Origin: Candidatus Limnocylindrus sp.
GTDB taxonomy: Bacteria; Chloroflexota; Limnocylindria; Limnocylindrales; Limnocylindraceae
Assembly (NCBI GenBank): GCA_040397215.1
Contig: JBBAWK010000002.1
Length of the DNA stretch: 64,000 nt
Direction: 5' to 3' (one strand)
Shown: positions 9,494 through 19,347 of the stretch, piece after piece
How the letters are laid out: each line of letters begins with the position of its first letter
Numbering within the stretch: the stretch's first letter is position 1
Program-made: the position numbers and the translations under genes
Notes under the pieces: generated by a model
Database searches by the model: none
Told to the model about the DNA's origin: nothing
What the model saw: the letters and a program-made list of their open reading frames with translations, nothing else

Positions 9494-11095
9494 GTGGGTA
9501 AGGAGCAGGGGCGCGACGCCGCGCGCCACACGACCACCTCAGGCGCACCCCTTGATGCCACCTACGGTCCAAACCCATCCCGCGACGCCGCCGCAGAGAT
9601 CGGTGCACCAGGCTACTTCCCGTACACGCGCGGCGTGCAAGAGACGATGTACCGCGGCCGCCTCTGGACGATGCGCCAGTACGCCGGCTTCTCGACGGCA
9701 CGCGAATCCAACGAGCGATATCGCTACCTCCTGGAGCAGGGCCAAACGGGACTCTCGGTCGCCTTCGATCTACCGACGCAGATGGGCTACGACTCCGACG
9801 CGCCAGAGGCGGAGGGCGAGGTCGGTCGCGTGGGTGTTGCGATCGACTCCATCGCCGACATGGAGACGCTCTTCCAGGGGATCCCACTCGACAAGGTCTC
9901 AACCTCGATGACGATCAACTCCACCGCGCCGATCCTGCTGGCGCTCTACGTAGCGATTGCCGAGCGACAGGGGGTGTCACGCGCCGAGCTCTCGGGAACG
10001 ACGCAGAACGATCTCCTCAAGGAGTACATCGCTCGCGGAACCTACATCTTCCCGCCCGAGCCATCGCTGCGACTGATCACTGACGTCTTTGAGTGGTGCG
10101 CCACCGAGCTGCCGAAGTGGAACACGATCAGCATCTCGGGTTATCACATGCGCGAGGCGGGGGCGACCGCCGCGCAAGAGCTTGCCTTCACCTTCGCCGA
10201 CGCGATCGCCTATGTCGACGCAGCGATCGCACGTGGCCTTGAGGTTGACGCCATTGCGCCGCGCCTCTCCTTCTTCTTCGCCGCCTGGACCGACATCCTC
10301 GAAGAGGTGGCGAAGTTCCGCGCCGCACGCCGAATCTGGGCACGCATCATGCGCGATCGCTACGGCGCAACGAGTGAGAAGTCGCTCCTCTGTCGCTTCC
10401 ATGTGCAGACCGCCGGCTCCACCCTCACGGCACAGTCCATTGACAACAATGTTGTTCGCGCTGCGTATCAAGCCCTCGCTGCCGTGCTTGGCGGCGCGCA
10501 GAGCCTGCATGTCAACGGCAAAGATGAGGCCCTCGCCCTCCCGACCGAAGCGTCGGCGCGCCTCGCCCTGCGCACGCAGCAGGTGCTCGCCCACGAGGCT
10601 GGCGTCGCAGGAACCGTTGATCCGCTCGGTGGCAGCTACGCCGTGGAGGCGCTCACCGATCAGGTTGAGCGCGACGCCCTCGCCCTCATCGCCGAGGTTG
10701 ACCGTCTCGGCGGCATGGTCGCCGCGGTTGCCGCAGGCTTCCCGCAACGCGCGATTCAAGATTCGGCGTACGCCTATCAACGAGAAATTGAGAGCGGCGA
10801 GCGCGTGATCGTGGGCGTGAATCGATTCGTCGACGAAGAGGTCGAGACGCCAGCCATTGCCCGCATTGACCCGGCCCGCGAGCGGGAGCAGGTTGCTGAG
10901 CTCCAGGCATTCCGCGCGGGGCGTGATGCCGCGACCGCAACCGCCGCCATCGCCGAGGTGATCGCCACGGCGAAAGGGAGCGCCAACATGATGCCGCCGA
11001 TCCTGGCCGCCGTGAAGGCCGGCTGCACCGTTGGTGAGATCAGCGCCGCCCTACGCAGCGTGTGGGGCGAGCACCGCGAGGCGATGGTCCTATGA
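9494..11095 (+). CDS. methylmalonyl-CoA mutase, catalytic (large-subunit N-terminal) domain; the B12-binding domain is not fused
   Basis: The MCM substrate-binding TIM-barrel signatures are present ([26 protein letters not shown]). It is 534 aa and ends before the cobalamin-binding domain. The GTG start follows a GGAGG RBS. Confidence 0.8.
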   Translation: MGKEQGRDAARHTTTSGAPLDATYGPNPSRDAAAEIGAPGYFPYTRGVQETMYRGRLWTMRQYAGFSTARESNERYRYLLEQGQTGLSVAFDLPTQMGYDSDAPEAEGEVGRVGVAIDSIADMETLFQGIPLDKVSTSMTINSTAPILLALYVAIAERQGVSRAELSGTTQNDLLKEYIARGTYIFPPEPSLRLITDVFEWCATELPKWNTISISGYHMREAGATAAQELAFTFADAIAYVDAAIARGLEVDAIAPRLSFFFAAWTDILEEVAKFRAARRIWARIMRDRYGATSEKSLLCRFHVQTAGSTLTAQSIDNNVVRAAYQALAAVLGGAQSLHVNGKDEALALPTEASARLALRTQQVLAHEAGVAGTVDPLGGSYAVEALTDQVERDALALIAEVDRLGGMVAAVAAGFPQRAIQDSAYAYQREIESGERVIVGVNRFVDEEVETPAIARIDPAREREQVAELQAFRAGRDAATATAAIAEVIATAKGSANMMPPILAAVKAGCTVGEISAALRSVWGEHREAMVL

Positions 11096-11559
11096 GTCTC
11101 CCCGTGCGCGGTCGCATTCACCACGTCGCCTCGGTAGTTCGCGACATTGACGCAGCGATTGACTTCCATACGCGCGTGCTCGGGCTGGGGCTCGAGCAGG
11201 TTGCCGAGGTGCCATCGCAAGAGGTGCGCATCGCCTTCCTCACCGCAGGTGACTCCAAGATTGAACTCGTCTCGCCAACGAATGAGACGAGCGGCGTCGC
11301 GCGCTTCCTCGAGTCGAAGGGGGAGGGGTTCCATCATCTCTGTTTAGAAGTTTCTGACATCGCTGCGGAGCTCACCACACTTGCCGCTGCGGGGGTTCAA
11401 ATGATCAACGCAGAGGCGGTCGCTGGCGTTGAGGGACCAGTCGCCTTCTTGCATCCGAAGAGCTGCAACGGTGTGCTGATTGAGTTGATCGAAGCGCCTG
11501 GCGGCCCTGCGTGGACGAGGCTCGGATTCGGCGCTCCAGGGGAGCTGCGGATTCGCTAG
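11092..11559 (+). CDS. methylmalonyl-CoA epimerase (VOC/glyoxalase family)
   Basis: It has the VOC fold with HH...E...H...E metal ligands. Its ATG overlaps the mutase stop, and it sits downstream of MCM. Confidence 0.75.
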   Translation: MSLPVRGRIHHVASVVRDIDAAIDFHTRVLGLGLEQVAEVPSQEVRIAFLTAGDSKIELVSPTNETSGVARFLESKGEGFHHLCLEVSDIAAELTTLAAAGVQMINAEAVAGVEGPVAFLHPKSCNGVLIELIEAPGGPAWTRLGFGAPGELRIR

Positions 11560-11562
11560 CGC

Positions 11563-12462
11563 TTAGCGCTTCGTGTACCCGGCCTCAATCAAGAGTCGTG
11601 GCAGTTCGGTCGGCGAGGCGGCCACCTTGAACCCGGCGGCCTCCAGTGCAGCGATCTTGTCGATCGCTCGGCCCGATGCGCCAGAGACGATCGCCCCGGC
11701 GTGCCCCATGCGGCGACCCTCAGGTGCGGCGCGTCCGGCGATGAAGGCGACACGTGGCAGGTGCTTCAGGTGTTCGCCCGCCCATGCGGCGGCCTCCTCC
11801 TCCGCGGATCCGCCGATCTCGCCGATTAGTACGAGTGCGCGCGTCGCAGGATCCGCAGCGAAGAGCTCAAGTGCGTCACGGAAGGTGGTGCCGATGATCG
11901 GATCGCCACCGATGCCGAGGCAGGTGGACTGACCGATGCCAGCATCGGTCATCGACTGCACCGCCTCGTAGGTCAGCGTTCCGGAGCGGCTCACCACGCC
12001 AACGTCACCAGGTAAGTGAATGGAGGCGGGGATGATGCCGATCTTTGCGCCAAGCCCGTTCACGCCTGGCGTTGTTGCGCCTGGGCAGTTCGGTCCGATC
12101 AGTCGCGCGCCATGCTGCTGCACCACAGCGAGGGCGCCGACCATGTCGTGCACCGGGATCCCCTCGGTAATGCAGAAGATCGTCTTGATGCCAGAAGCGG
12201 CTGCTTCGGCGATGGCATCTGCAGCGCCCGCCGCAGGAACGAAGATGCAGCTGGTGTTTGCGCCGGTCTTCTCGACCGCTTCGCGAACGGTGTCAAAGAC
12301 GGGAACGGTGCCGTCGAGGCCGAGCTCGCCGCCGCGACCTGGCGTGACGCCCGCAACGATCTTGGTGCCATAAGCGGCCATCTGACCGGCGTGGAAGCCG
12401 CCCTCACGTCCGGTGAGGCCTTGCACTACGAGTCGGGTGTGCTGATCAACGAGAATGCTCAC
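11563..12462 (-). CDS. sucD: succinyl-CoA synthetase alpha subunit
   Basis: It has the CoA-binding Rossmann fold and the phospho-His loop (SRSGTLTYE...GHAGAI). Confidence 0.9.
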   Translation of the reverse strand: MSILVDQHTRLVVQGLTGREGGFHAGQMAAYGTKIVAGVTPGRGGELGLDGTVPVFDTVREAVEKTGANTSCIFVPAAGAADAIAEAAASGIKTIFCITEGIPVHDMVGALAVVQQHGARLIGPNCPGATTPGVNGLGAKIGIIPASIHLPGDVGVVSRSGTLTYEAVQSMTDAGIGQSTCLGIGGDPIIGTTFRDALELFAADPATRALVLIGEIGGSAEEEAAAWAGEHLKHLPRVAFIAGRAAPEGRRMGHAGAIVSGASGRAIDKIAALEAAGFKVAASPTELPRLLIEAGYTKR

Positions 12463-13634
12463 TTGCCGCCTCCTGCTGTGGCAAGGGCCACAGCCTTCTC
12501 GGCCGCCTCGTCGAGGCTTGCTGCAGTTTCAAATCCGCCTTCACGTAGCAGTACGGCGGCCTCTGCCGCATTCGTGCCAACGATGCGCACGACCATCGGC
12601 ACGATGCGCTCCTGTTGCGCGCGCGCCTCGATGAGTCCCTTCGCGACCTCGTCGCCGCGCGTGATGCCGCCAAAGATGTTCACAAGGATTGCTTTCACTC
12701 CCGCATCGGCAAGGATGATGCGCATTGCGGCCGCAACCTTATCGGCGCGAGCACCGCCACCAATGTCGAGGAAGTTTGCTGGCGTGCCTCCAGCACGGGT
12801 CACGAGGTCGAGCGTCGTCATGGCGAGTCCGGCGCCGTTCACCATGCAGCCGATGCTGCCATCAAGTCGGATGTAGGAGATCCCCTGCTCGCGCGCCTCG
12901 CGGTCGATCGGATCCTCGCTGTCGGCATCGCGCCATGCGGCAAGGTCAGGGTGACGATCGAGTGCGGAATCATCCAACGTCATCTTGGCGTCGAGGCAGA
13001 CAAGTTGCTCACCGCCTGGAAGCTCGGGCGCTGGTACCACGGCGAGCGGATTCACCTCGACGAGATCGGCGTCGCTCTCACGTGCAATCTTTACGAGCCC
13101 GGCGGCGATCACGCAGAACTGCTTCAGCAGTTCACCGCGCAGACCAATGCCGAATCCGAGGCGGCGCGCTTGGAACGGGAGCAGGCCACCGTGTGGGTGC
13201 GCAACTTCTCGAACGATCGCGGCCGGATCCTTTGCGGCGACCTCTTCGATCTCCATGCCACCAGCGGCGGATGCCATGACGAGAACGCCGCGCGTAGTGC
13301 GATCGATCAGTGCGGCGAGATAGATCTCGCGGATGATCGTGGAGGCTGGCGCAACGAGCACGCGTCGCACGGGAAGGTCCTTGATCGTGAGGGCGAGAAT
13401 TGCTGCGGCGGTGGCCTCGGCCTCTGCCGCGCTCGCGGCGAGCTTGACCCCGCCCGCCTTCCCTCGTCCGCCGACGAGGACCTGGGCCTTAACCACGACC
13501 TGTGCGACCCCAGAGGCGATGAGGCGCTCAGCGATGGCGCGGGCGCCCGCGGCGGTAGTGGCCACGTCGGCATCGGGGACGGGGAGGCCGGCTCGAAATA
13601 AGAGTTCTCGGGCTTCAGCCTCGTGTAGCTTCAC
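12459..13634 (-). CDS. sucC: succinyl-CoA synthetase beta subunit
   Basis: It has an ATP-grasp fold with N-terminus [21 protein letters not shown] precedes the GTG start. Its stop overlaps the sucD start. Confidence 0.85.
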   Translation of the reverse strand: MKLHEAEARELLFRAGLPVPDADVATTAAGARAIAERLIASGVAQVVVKAQVLVGGRGKAGGVKLAASAAEAEATAAAILALTIKDLPVRRVLVAPASTIIREIYLAALIDRTTRGVLVMASAAGGMEIEEVAAKDPAAIVREVAHPHGGLLPFQARRLGFGIGLRGELLKQFCVIAAGLVKIARESDADLVEVNPLAVVPAPELPGGEQLVCLDAKMTLDDSALDRHPDLAAWRDADSEDPIDREAREQGISYIRLDGSIGCMVNGAGLAMTTLDLVTRAGGTPANFLDIGGGARADKVAAAMRIILADAGVKAILVNIFGGITRGDEVAKGLIEARAQQERIVPMVVRIVGTNAAEAAVLLREGGFETAASLDEAAEKAVALATAGGGK

Positions 13635-13782
13635 TTCGCCTCCGCATGGTCCGTGGTGGGTTCCTCCCCGCTGTAACAGGGGGTAGTGTACGCGGGCAGA
13701 CTTCAAGCGTTGCGGCTAGGATTTGGGGGGCACAATCGTCAGGATTTCAACGCCCTGATTGGGAGTAAGGAGGGGTTTACAC

Positions 13783-14196
13783 ATGACCCAAGGATCTAGC
13801 CCACTCGCCTCTCCGCAGAAGCTTCGAAACTACCCAGCATATCGCGGCGGGGAGGGGATGGTCGCCTGGGCCTTCCATCGAATCTCAGGCATTGGCGTAT
13901 GGGCCTTCATCGTCTTGCACGTATTTGACATTTGGTTGATTGGGGCTAATCCCGCGCTCTATGACCAACTGGGCAAAATTTATTCAAGCGCGCCTGGCCG
14001 TGTGATGGAGACCCTCCTAGGAGCGGCGTTGTTTTATCACGCCCTCAACGGCATGCGCATCGTCGTCATGGACTTCTGGCCTGCGCTGACGATCTTTCAC
14101 CGTGGACTGTGGCGAGCTGTTTGGGTCACCTTCTTTATCTTTGGCCTACCTGGCGCGTACATCATCCTGAAGCCTATCTGGGAGATGGCATCATGA
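13783..14196 (+). CDS. sdhC: succinate dehydrogenase cytochrome b subunit
   Basis: It is a small three-TM haem-binding protein placed first in an sdhCDAB arrangement. Confidence 0.75.
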   Translation: MTQGSSPLASPQKLRNYPAYRGGEGMVAWAFHRISGIGVWAFIVLHVFDIWLIGANPALYDQLGKIYSSAPGRVMETLLGAALFYHALNGMRIVVMDFWPALTIFHRGLWRAVWVTFFIFGLPGAYIILKPIWEMAS

Positions 14197-14582
14197 GCGC
14201 TCAAAAGTATTCACTCTCCGGCCGTCCGCGCCCGACAGGGTCGCGCGCTGATCTCTACGTCTGGCGGGCGGTGCGAATCACTTCAATTGCGCTCTTTGTA
14301 TTGGCGCTTGCGCACTTCTCGATCACGCACTTCGTCTACGAGGTTGGTGACCAGAGTGCAGAGTGGGTCCGCCAGACTCGTTGGAACTCGATCCCCCTCC
14401 GTGTGCTGGACTGGGGCATGTTGATGACTGTGTTGGTGCATGGGTTCCTTGGCATGCGAACGGTCATGCAGGACTACGTCCCCTCGCGCATTAGGCGGGG
14501 GTCGCTCATCGGCCTTTACGTCATTGCGCTTCTGCTATTCGTACTTGGCACCCAGGTCATTGCGACCCTACCGATGCGTTAG
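14193..14582 (+). CDS. sdhD: succinate dehydrogenase hydrophobic membrane anchor
   Basis: Its ATG overlaps the sdhC stop (ATGA). It is a three-TM protein. Confidence 0.7.
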   Translation: MSAQKYSLSGRPRPTGSRADLYVWRAVRITSIALFVLALAHFSITHFVYEVGDQSAEWVRQTRWNSIPLRVLDWGMLMTVLVHGFLGMRTVMQDYVPSRIRRGSLIGLYVIALLLFVLGTQVIATLPMR

Positions 14583-14590
14583 GGGGACAT

Positions 14591-16372
14591 ATGGCTAGTG
14601 CGCTACGAGCAGAGGTTGGGCAGATTGACGTTGACGCGATCGTGGTCGGCGCGGGTGGCGCTGGCCTTTGGGCCGCGCTTGAGCTTGCACGCGAAGGAAT
14701 TCCAACCGCCGTACTGACCAAGCTCTATCCGACCCGCTCGCATACCGGTGCTGCGCAAGGTGGGGTCTGCGCGGCACTCGGCAACGTTGAAGAGGACCAC
14801 TGGGAGTGGCACATGTTTGACACGATCAAGGGTGGCGACTACCTCGCCGATCAGGATGCGGCCGAAGTGCTCGCGCGTGAGGCGATCCCCGCGGTGATTG
14901 AACTGGAGCGCATGGGCCTTCCGTTTAATCGCACTCCTGACGGCAAGATTGATCAGCGTCGATTTGGAGGACATACACGCAATTACGGCGAGGGACCGGT
15001 GCGTCGTAGCTGCTACGCCGCAGACCGCACTGGGCACATGATCCTGCAAACGCTCTACCAGCAGTGCATCAAGGCGGGGGTCAAGTTTTATGACGAGTAT
15101 CACGTTGTCGATCTGGTCTTCGAAGGGGGCGAGGCGGACAAGGGAGGGCGCTGCTCTGGGGTTGTTGGGTACAAGATCGCCGACGGTTCGCTCCATGTGT
15201 TTCGTGCGAAGGCGGTGCTGCTCGCCACAGGTGGGTACGGTCGCGCGTGGCGCGTAACGTCAAACGCACACTCATTGACCGGTGATGGGATGGCACTCGC
15301 TTGGCGGCATGGCGTGCCACTCCAGGATATGGAGTTCTACCAGTTTCATCCGACCGGCATTGTCGGTACGGGAATTCTCTTGAGCGAGGCGGCGCGAGGT
15401 GAGGGAGGCTACCTCATCAATGATGCAGGGCAGCGATTTATGGAGTCTTACGCTCCGAAGTTGATGGAGCTTGCGCCGCGCGACATGATCTCACGTGCGA
15501 TCTATCAGGAGATCCGTGAGGGTCGAGGGATCGGGGGAAAAGACTACATCCATCTTGACGTGAGACACCTCGGTCGAAAGGTGATTGAAGAGAAGCTCCC
15601 CGACATCACCGAACTTGCTCGCATCTATCAGGGCGTAGAACCGATCAGCGAGCCAGTCCCGGTTCAGCCAACCGCGCATTACGCCATGGGAGGCGTTCCG
15701 ACAAATCTTGAGACTGAGGTGCTCGCCGATGCTCGTGGCAACGTTGTGCCTGGGCTCTTTGCCGCCGGCGAAGTCGCCTGCGTAAGCGTGCACGGGGCGA
15801 ATCGCCTGGGGACCAACTCCCTCGTCGACCTGTTGGTGTTCGGCAAACGTGCCGGGATCCGTATGGCCCAAGTTTGCAAGAGCACCCCGATGCCCGGCTC
15901 AACAAGCGGGGCCGAGCGAGCCGTCCGCGAAGAGCTCCTCGCCCTGAGCACGCGCCCATCTGGGGTGCGCCCGGCGGAGATTCGCCGTGAACTCGCCGCC
16001 CTGATGATGGACAACGTCGGCGTCTATCGCGACGAGGCCCTCCTTGGCGCCGCGGTAATGGGGATCGCCAAGTTGAAGGGGGAGTACGCCAACGTGCGCG
16101 TGGAGGACACCGGGAGCGTCTTTAATACCGACCTCCTTGAGGCGCGCGAGCTCGGCTACCTGCTAGACACCGCGGAGGCGACAGCCGTCTCCGCCTACGC
16201 ACGAACAGAGTCACGTGGTGCGCACAGCCGTGAAGACTTTCCAGAGCGAAACGACGCTAAGTTCCTAGCGCACACTCTGGTCTGGCAGGGGAGCAATGGT
16301 GCACCAGCCACGAAGCTAGACTACAAACCCGTCACGATTACCAAGTTTGAGCCGAAGGCGAGGGTTTACTAA
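14591..16372 (+). CDS. sdhA: succinate dehydrogenase flavoprotein subunit
   Basis: It has the FAD GxGxxG motif (VVGAGGAG), the covalent-FAD His region (RSHTGAAQGG) and the active-site RxxxH signature. Confidence 0.92.
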   Translation: MASALRAEVGQIDVDAIVVGAGGAGLWAALELAREGIPTAVLTKLYPTRSHTGAAQGGVCAALGNVEEDHWEWHMFDTIKGGDYLADQDAAEVLAREAIPAVIELERMGLPFNRTPDGKIDQRRFGGHTRNYGEGPVRRSCYAADRTGHMILQTLYQQCIKAGVKFYDEYHVVDLVFEGGEADKGGRCSGVVGYKIADGSLHVFRAKAVLLATGGYGRAWRVTSNAHSLTGDGMALAWRHGVPLQDMEFYQFHPTGIVGTGILLSEAARGEGGYLINDAGQRFMESYAPKLMELAPRDMISRAIYQEIREGRGIGGKDYIHLDVRHLGRKVIEEKLPDITELARIYQGVEPISEPVPVQPTAHYAMGGVPTNLETEVLADARGNVVPGLFAAGEVACVSVHGANRLGTNSLVDLLVFGKRAGIRMAQVCKSTPMPGSTSGAERAVREELLALSTRPSGVRPAEIRRELAALMMDNVGVYRDEALLGAAVMGIAKLKGEYANVRVEDTGSVFNTDLLEARELGYLLDTAEATAVSAYARTESRGAHSREDFPERNDAKFLAHTLVWQGSNGAPATKLDYKPVTITKFEPKARVY

Positions 16373-17080
16373 ATGGCTTCTGCTACACAGGTTGAGCTCA
16401 AGATCCAGCGATATGATCCGGAGCGCGACAGTGAGCCGCACTGGCAAACGCTGACGGTTCCGGTGGAGCCTATGGATCGCGTGCTTGATCTGCTCACGCG
16501 GGCAAAAGAGCTCTTCGATGGCTCAATCACCTTCCGTCGCTCTTGCGCGCACGGTGTCTGCGGCTCTGACGCTCTGCTGATTAATGGTCGTAATCGGCTC
16601 GCCTGTAAGTTGCGAGTAGAAGCGTTGGGGCGAACGATCACGGTGGCCCCACTCCCAGGCCTGCCGATCGTCAAGGACCTAGTCGTTGATATGGAGGAGT
16701 TCTTTGAAAAATTCCGCTCCGTACAGCCGTATCTTGTGGCAGCACCAGTTGAGGGTGACGGTGAGCGGATTCAGAGTGAAGAGCAGCGCGATCGCTATGA
16801 CGATACGACCAAGTGCATCCTCTGTGCGGCATGTACAACTTCGTGCCCAAGTTTCTGGGCGCAACCAGAGTACGTTGGCCCCGCGGCGATCGTGAACGCG
16901 CACCGTTTTATCTTTGACTCGCGTGATGAGAACGCCGATACACGCTTGGACATCTTGTCTGACGAAAATGGCGTGTGGCGTTGCCGCACCACCTTCAATT
17001 GCGTGGAAGCTTGCCCACGCGGCATCAATATCACGAAGGCGATTCTTGAGGTTTCCTCCGCAATTAGCGCACGGCGGTAA
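16373..17080 (+). CDS. sdhB: succinate dehydrogenase iron-sulfur subunit
   Basis: It has 2Fe-2S (CxxxxCxxC), 4Fe-4S and 3Fe-4S cysteine clusters (CILCAACTTSCP, CVEACP). Confidence 0.9.
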   Translation: MASATQVELKIQRYDPERDSEPHWQTLTVPVEPMDRVLDLLTRAKELFDGSITFRRSCAHGVCGSDALLINGRNRLACKLRVEALGRTITVAPLPGLPIVKDLVVDMEEFFEKFRSVQPYLVAAPVEGDGERIQSEEQRDRYDDTTKCILCAACTTSCPSFWAQPEYVGPAAIVNAHRFIFDSRDENADTRLDILSDENGVWRCRTTFNCVEACPRGINITKAILEVSSAISARR

Positions 17081-17082
17081 CG

Positions 17083-18393
17083 TTGTCGATTCGGTCGTAC
17101 ATCATTCGTACCGATGGAGCGTGTCGGGGGAACCCTGGGCCAGCATCTATCGGTGTGGCTCTCTATGACGCTTCGCTACCGGGGTCCGATGATCCTGACG
17201 CAATGCCCATCGCCTCGATCTCTGCAGCGATCGGCACAACTACGAATAACGTCGCAGAGTGGCGTGCCGTGGTGGCTGCGATTGACTTCGCTGCCGAGCT
17301 CGGCGCGCGTGAAATTGATCTACTCCTGGATAGCAAGCTCGTGGTTGAGCAGCTCCAGGGTCGCTGGCGTGTGCGAGACGCCAAGCTCGCCCCGCTCTGC
17401 GATGAGGCCCTAAGGGGGCTGACGCGCTTTGCGCATTGGAGTGCACGCCATGTGCCGCGCGCACTGAACGGTCGTGCCGATTCACTCGCTAATGAGGCGC
17501 TTGATCGCGCGCTGCGCGGCGGGCCAGCCTGGGTCGCTCGCCGTCCGCAAGACTTAGTCCCCGCCACGGCGACTGCTATCCCTGGCTCCGATTCTTCTGC
17601 TACTGCGGCGACGCGTATCACCGTGCTCGGTTCAGGGGCGAGCCGTGGCGTGCCGCGTGTCGGTTGTCGCTGCGGGGTCTGTCTTTCACGCGATCAGCGC
17701 AACCGCCGTCTGCGCAGCTCGGTACTCGTGGAGTGGCTCGACGGTGTCACTGAGCGCGGCGTCATCATTGATCCCGGGATGGACCTGCGCCTGCAGGCGC
17801 TGCGCCATGGTGTCACTCGACTTGATGGTGCGCTGGTCACCCACATTCATGTTGACCACAGCGGTGGGATTGACGAGTTGCGCGCCTATACCGATGCGCA
17901 AGATGTTGTACTGCCGATCGGCGCAGGCGAAGCGACCGCGGATGAGCTGCGAAAGCGCTGGGAGTACGCGGTTGATGGACGAACGGCACCTGGCTCGGGA
18001 ATCCCTGCGCTGCAACTCGTTGCGTCGGATCGCGAGGTAACGATCGCGGGCCGCTCATTTCAGGCGATCCACATCGTTCACGGGAAGCGCCCGGCTCACG
18101 GTTGGCGGAGTGGGGGATTCGCCTATCTGACCGACGTTAGCTCGGTTCCGGCGGCATCGCGCGACCTTCTGGGCGACCTTGACCTACTGATCGTTTCGGC
18201 GCTGCGCGATCTGCCGCACCCAACGCACCAGACCGTGGACGAGGCGTTGGAGCTGATTCGAGCGGTTGCCCCACGTCGGGCGCTCCTCACCCACCTTGAT
18301 CACGACCTCGACTTTGAGGATCTGGCGGCCCGCCTCCCTGCTGGGGTTGCCCCCGCCTTTGACGGGCTCGTCGTAGAGGTTCCGGCGCGCTAG
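17083..18393 (+). CDS. rnhA: fusion protein: N-terminal ribonuclease HI domain + C-terminal MBL-fold (PhnP/PqqB-like) metallo-hydrolase domain
   Basis: Residues 1-150 carry the RNase H signature (IRTDGACRGNPGPA...E...D...RADSLAN). The second half has LGSGASRGVPRVGCRCGVC followed by the HxHxDH motif (THIHVDHSGG). The TTG start lies 2 nt after the sdhB stop. Confidence 0.75.
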   Translation: MSIRSYIIRTDGACRGNPGPASIGVALYDASLPGSDDPDAMPIASISAAIGTTTNNVAEWRAVVAAIDFAAELGAREIDLLLDSKLVVEQLQGRWRVRDAKLAPLCDEALRGLTRFAHWSARHVPRALNGRADSLANEALDRALRGGPAWVARRPQDLVPATATAIPGSDSSATAATRITVLGSGASRGVPRVGCRCGVCLSRDQRNRRLRSSVLVEWLDGVTERGVIIDPGMDLRLQALRHGVTRLDGALVTHIHVDHSGGIDELRAYTDAQDVVLPIGAGEATADELRKRWEYAVDGRTAPGSGIPALQLVASDREVTIAGRSFQAIHIVHGKRPAHGWRSGGFAYLTDVSSVPAASRDLLGDLDLLIVSALRDLPHPTHQTVDEALELIRAVAPRRALLTHLDHDLDFEDLAARLPAGVAPAFDGLVVEVPAR

Positions 18394-18402
18394 ACTGCCG
18401 AT

Positions 18403-18748
18403 CCGGCGAGATGGCCGGACGGCCGCGTCGCCCCTTCGGGGGCGTCGAGGAAAGTCCGGGCTCCGAGGTGTAAAGGCAGCGGGTAACGCCCGTCCGCCGT
18501 AAGGCGCGGACTAGTGCCACAGAGACGAGTCCACCGCAGAGCTTCGGCTCAGCGGTGGGGTGAAACGCGGCAAACTCTGCCTGGAGCAAGGTCGAATAGG
18601 GAGGCATTCCAGTCGCTTGCGGCTGGACCGGCGCACCGCCGGGACCTCCGGGTTGACCGCTAGAGCCCCCGAGCAATCGGGGGTCGAGATGGATGGCCGT
18701 CCCCCCGCAAGGGGGACAGAACCCGGCTTACAGGCCATCTCGCCGGAC
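18403..18748 (+). ncRNA. rnpB: RNase P RNA, bacterial type A
   Basis: The universally conserved blocks are present: GAGGAAAGTCCGGGCTCC (P4 5' strand), GGTAACGCC, AGTGCCACAGAGA, GGGTGAAA, GGAGCAAGGTCGAATAGGG and ACAGAACCCGGCTTA (P4 3' strand). The P1 helix pairs CGGCGAGATGGCC with GGCCATCTCGCCG, and P3 is a UUCG hairpin. Confidence 0.9.
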
Positions 18749-18855
18749 TCCTACCCGTGCTCGATTCGTGCTTGGCCGCCCTCAAACCCTCTCACGTCAG
18801 ACCTGCCCATGGGCCCCCTTGACAGGGGCGAATGGTGGGGGCAAGATGTACTCAA

Positions 18856-18885
18856 GTGGTTCTAAGTGGGGGAAGGTGGGGTAAC
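18856..18885 (+). promoter_or_regulatory. putative MraZ operator: three 10-bp direct repeats AGTGGTTCTA / AGTGGGGGAA / GGTGGGGTAA
   Basis: GTGG(G) direct repeats at 10-bp periodicity lie 35-60 nt upstream of mraZ, matching the known MraZ-box architecture. A further GTGGGG copy lies upstream at 18834. Confidence 0.6.
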
Positions 18886-18918
18886 ACCTCCCATTGGGCC
18901 GCGGCGGAGGGTGTACTG

Positions 18919-19347
18919 GTGTTTACCGGCGAATATCGTCATGCCATCGATGGGAAGGGACGCGTTGCCGTCCCCGCGCGCTTCCGAGCGCAGCTCGATG
19001 AGGGGGCCTTCGTCTCCCGTTGGCTCGACAACTGCCTCGCGATCTTCCCGCGCGCCGCGTGGGATGACCTCGCCGCTCGCGTCGCCGCCCTGCCAACCGG
19101 CAACGCCACCGCCCGTGAATTCGCCCGCTTCCTCTTCGGCAGCGCCTTTGAAGTAGAGCTCGACGCGCAGGGCCGCCTCCTCCTGCCTGCAACGTTGCGA
19201 ACCTGGGGGCAGCTCGACGCTGAAGCGATGGTCGTTGGCGCACGCGATCACGCCGAAATCTGGACACCGAAGCGCTGGGATTCGTATCGCGGCGGCATGG
19301 AGTCTTCTGACGCTCTCGCCGCGCAACTCGAGGAGCTCGGCTTCTAA
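18919..19347 (+). CDS. mraZ: transcriptional regulator MraZ
   Basis: The N-terminus VFTGEYRHAIDGKGRVAVP has the duplicated SpoVT/AbrB-like MraZ fold. A GGAGGG RBS precedes the GTG start. It is the first gene of the dcw cluster. Confidence 0.85.
   Translation: MFTGEYRHAIDGKGRVAVPARFRAQLDEGAFVSRWLDNCLAIFPRAAWDDLAARVAALPTGNATAREFARFLFGSAFEVELDAQGRLLLPATLRTWGQLDAEAMVVGARDHAEIWTPKRWDSYRGGMESSDALAAQLEELGF

Noticed and set aside
8325-9902. 525-aa version of the ParB-like ORF with an Arg/Pro/Ser-rich N-terminal extension.
   Set aside because: The extension is low-complexity and overlaps the divergent mutase promoter. An AGAGGAGG RBS precedes the internal MPKGKQ start at 9368, giving a 348-aa ParB of typical size.
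18287-18865. Three overlapping hypothetical ORFs between the RNase H fusion and mraZ.
   Set aside because: The region is fully explained by the RNase P RNA gene (18403..18748), and the ORFs are artefacts.
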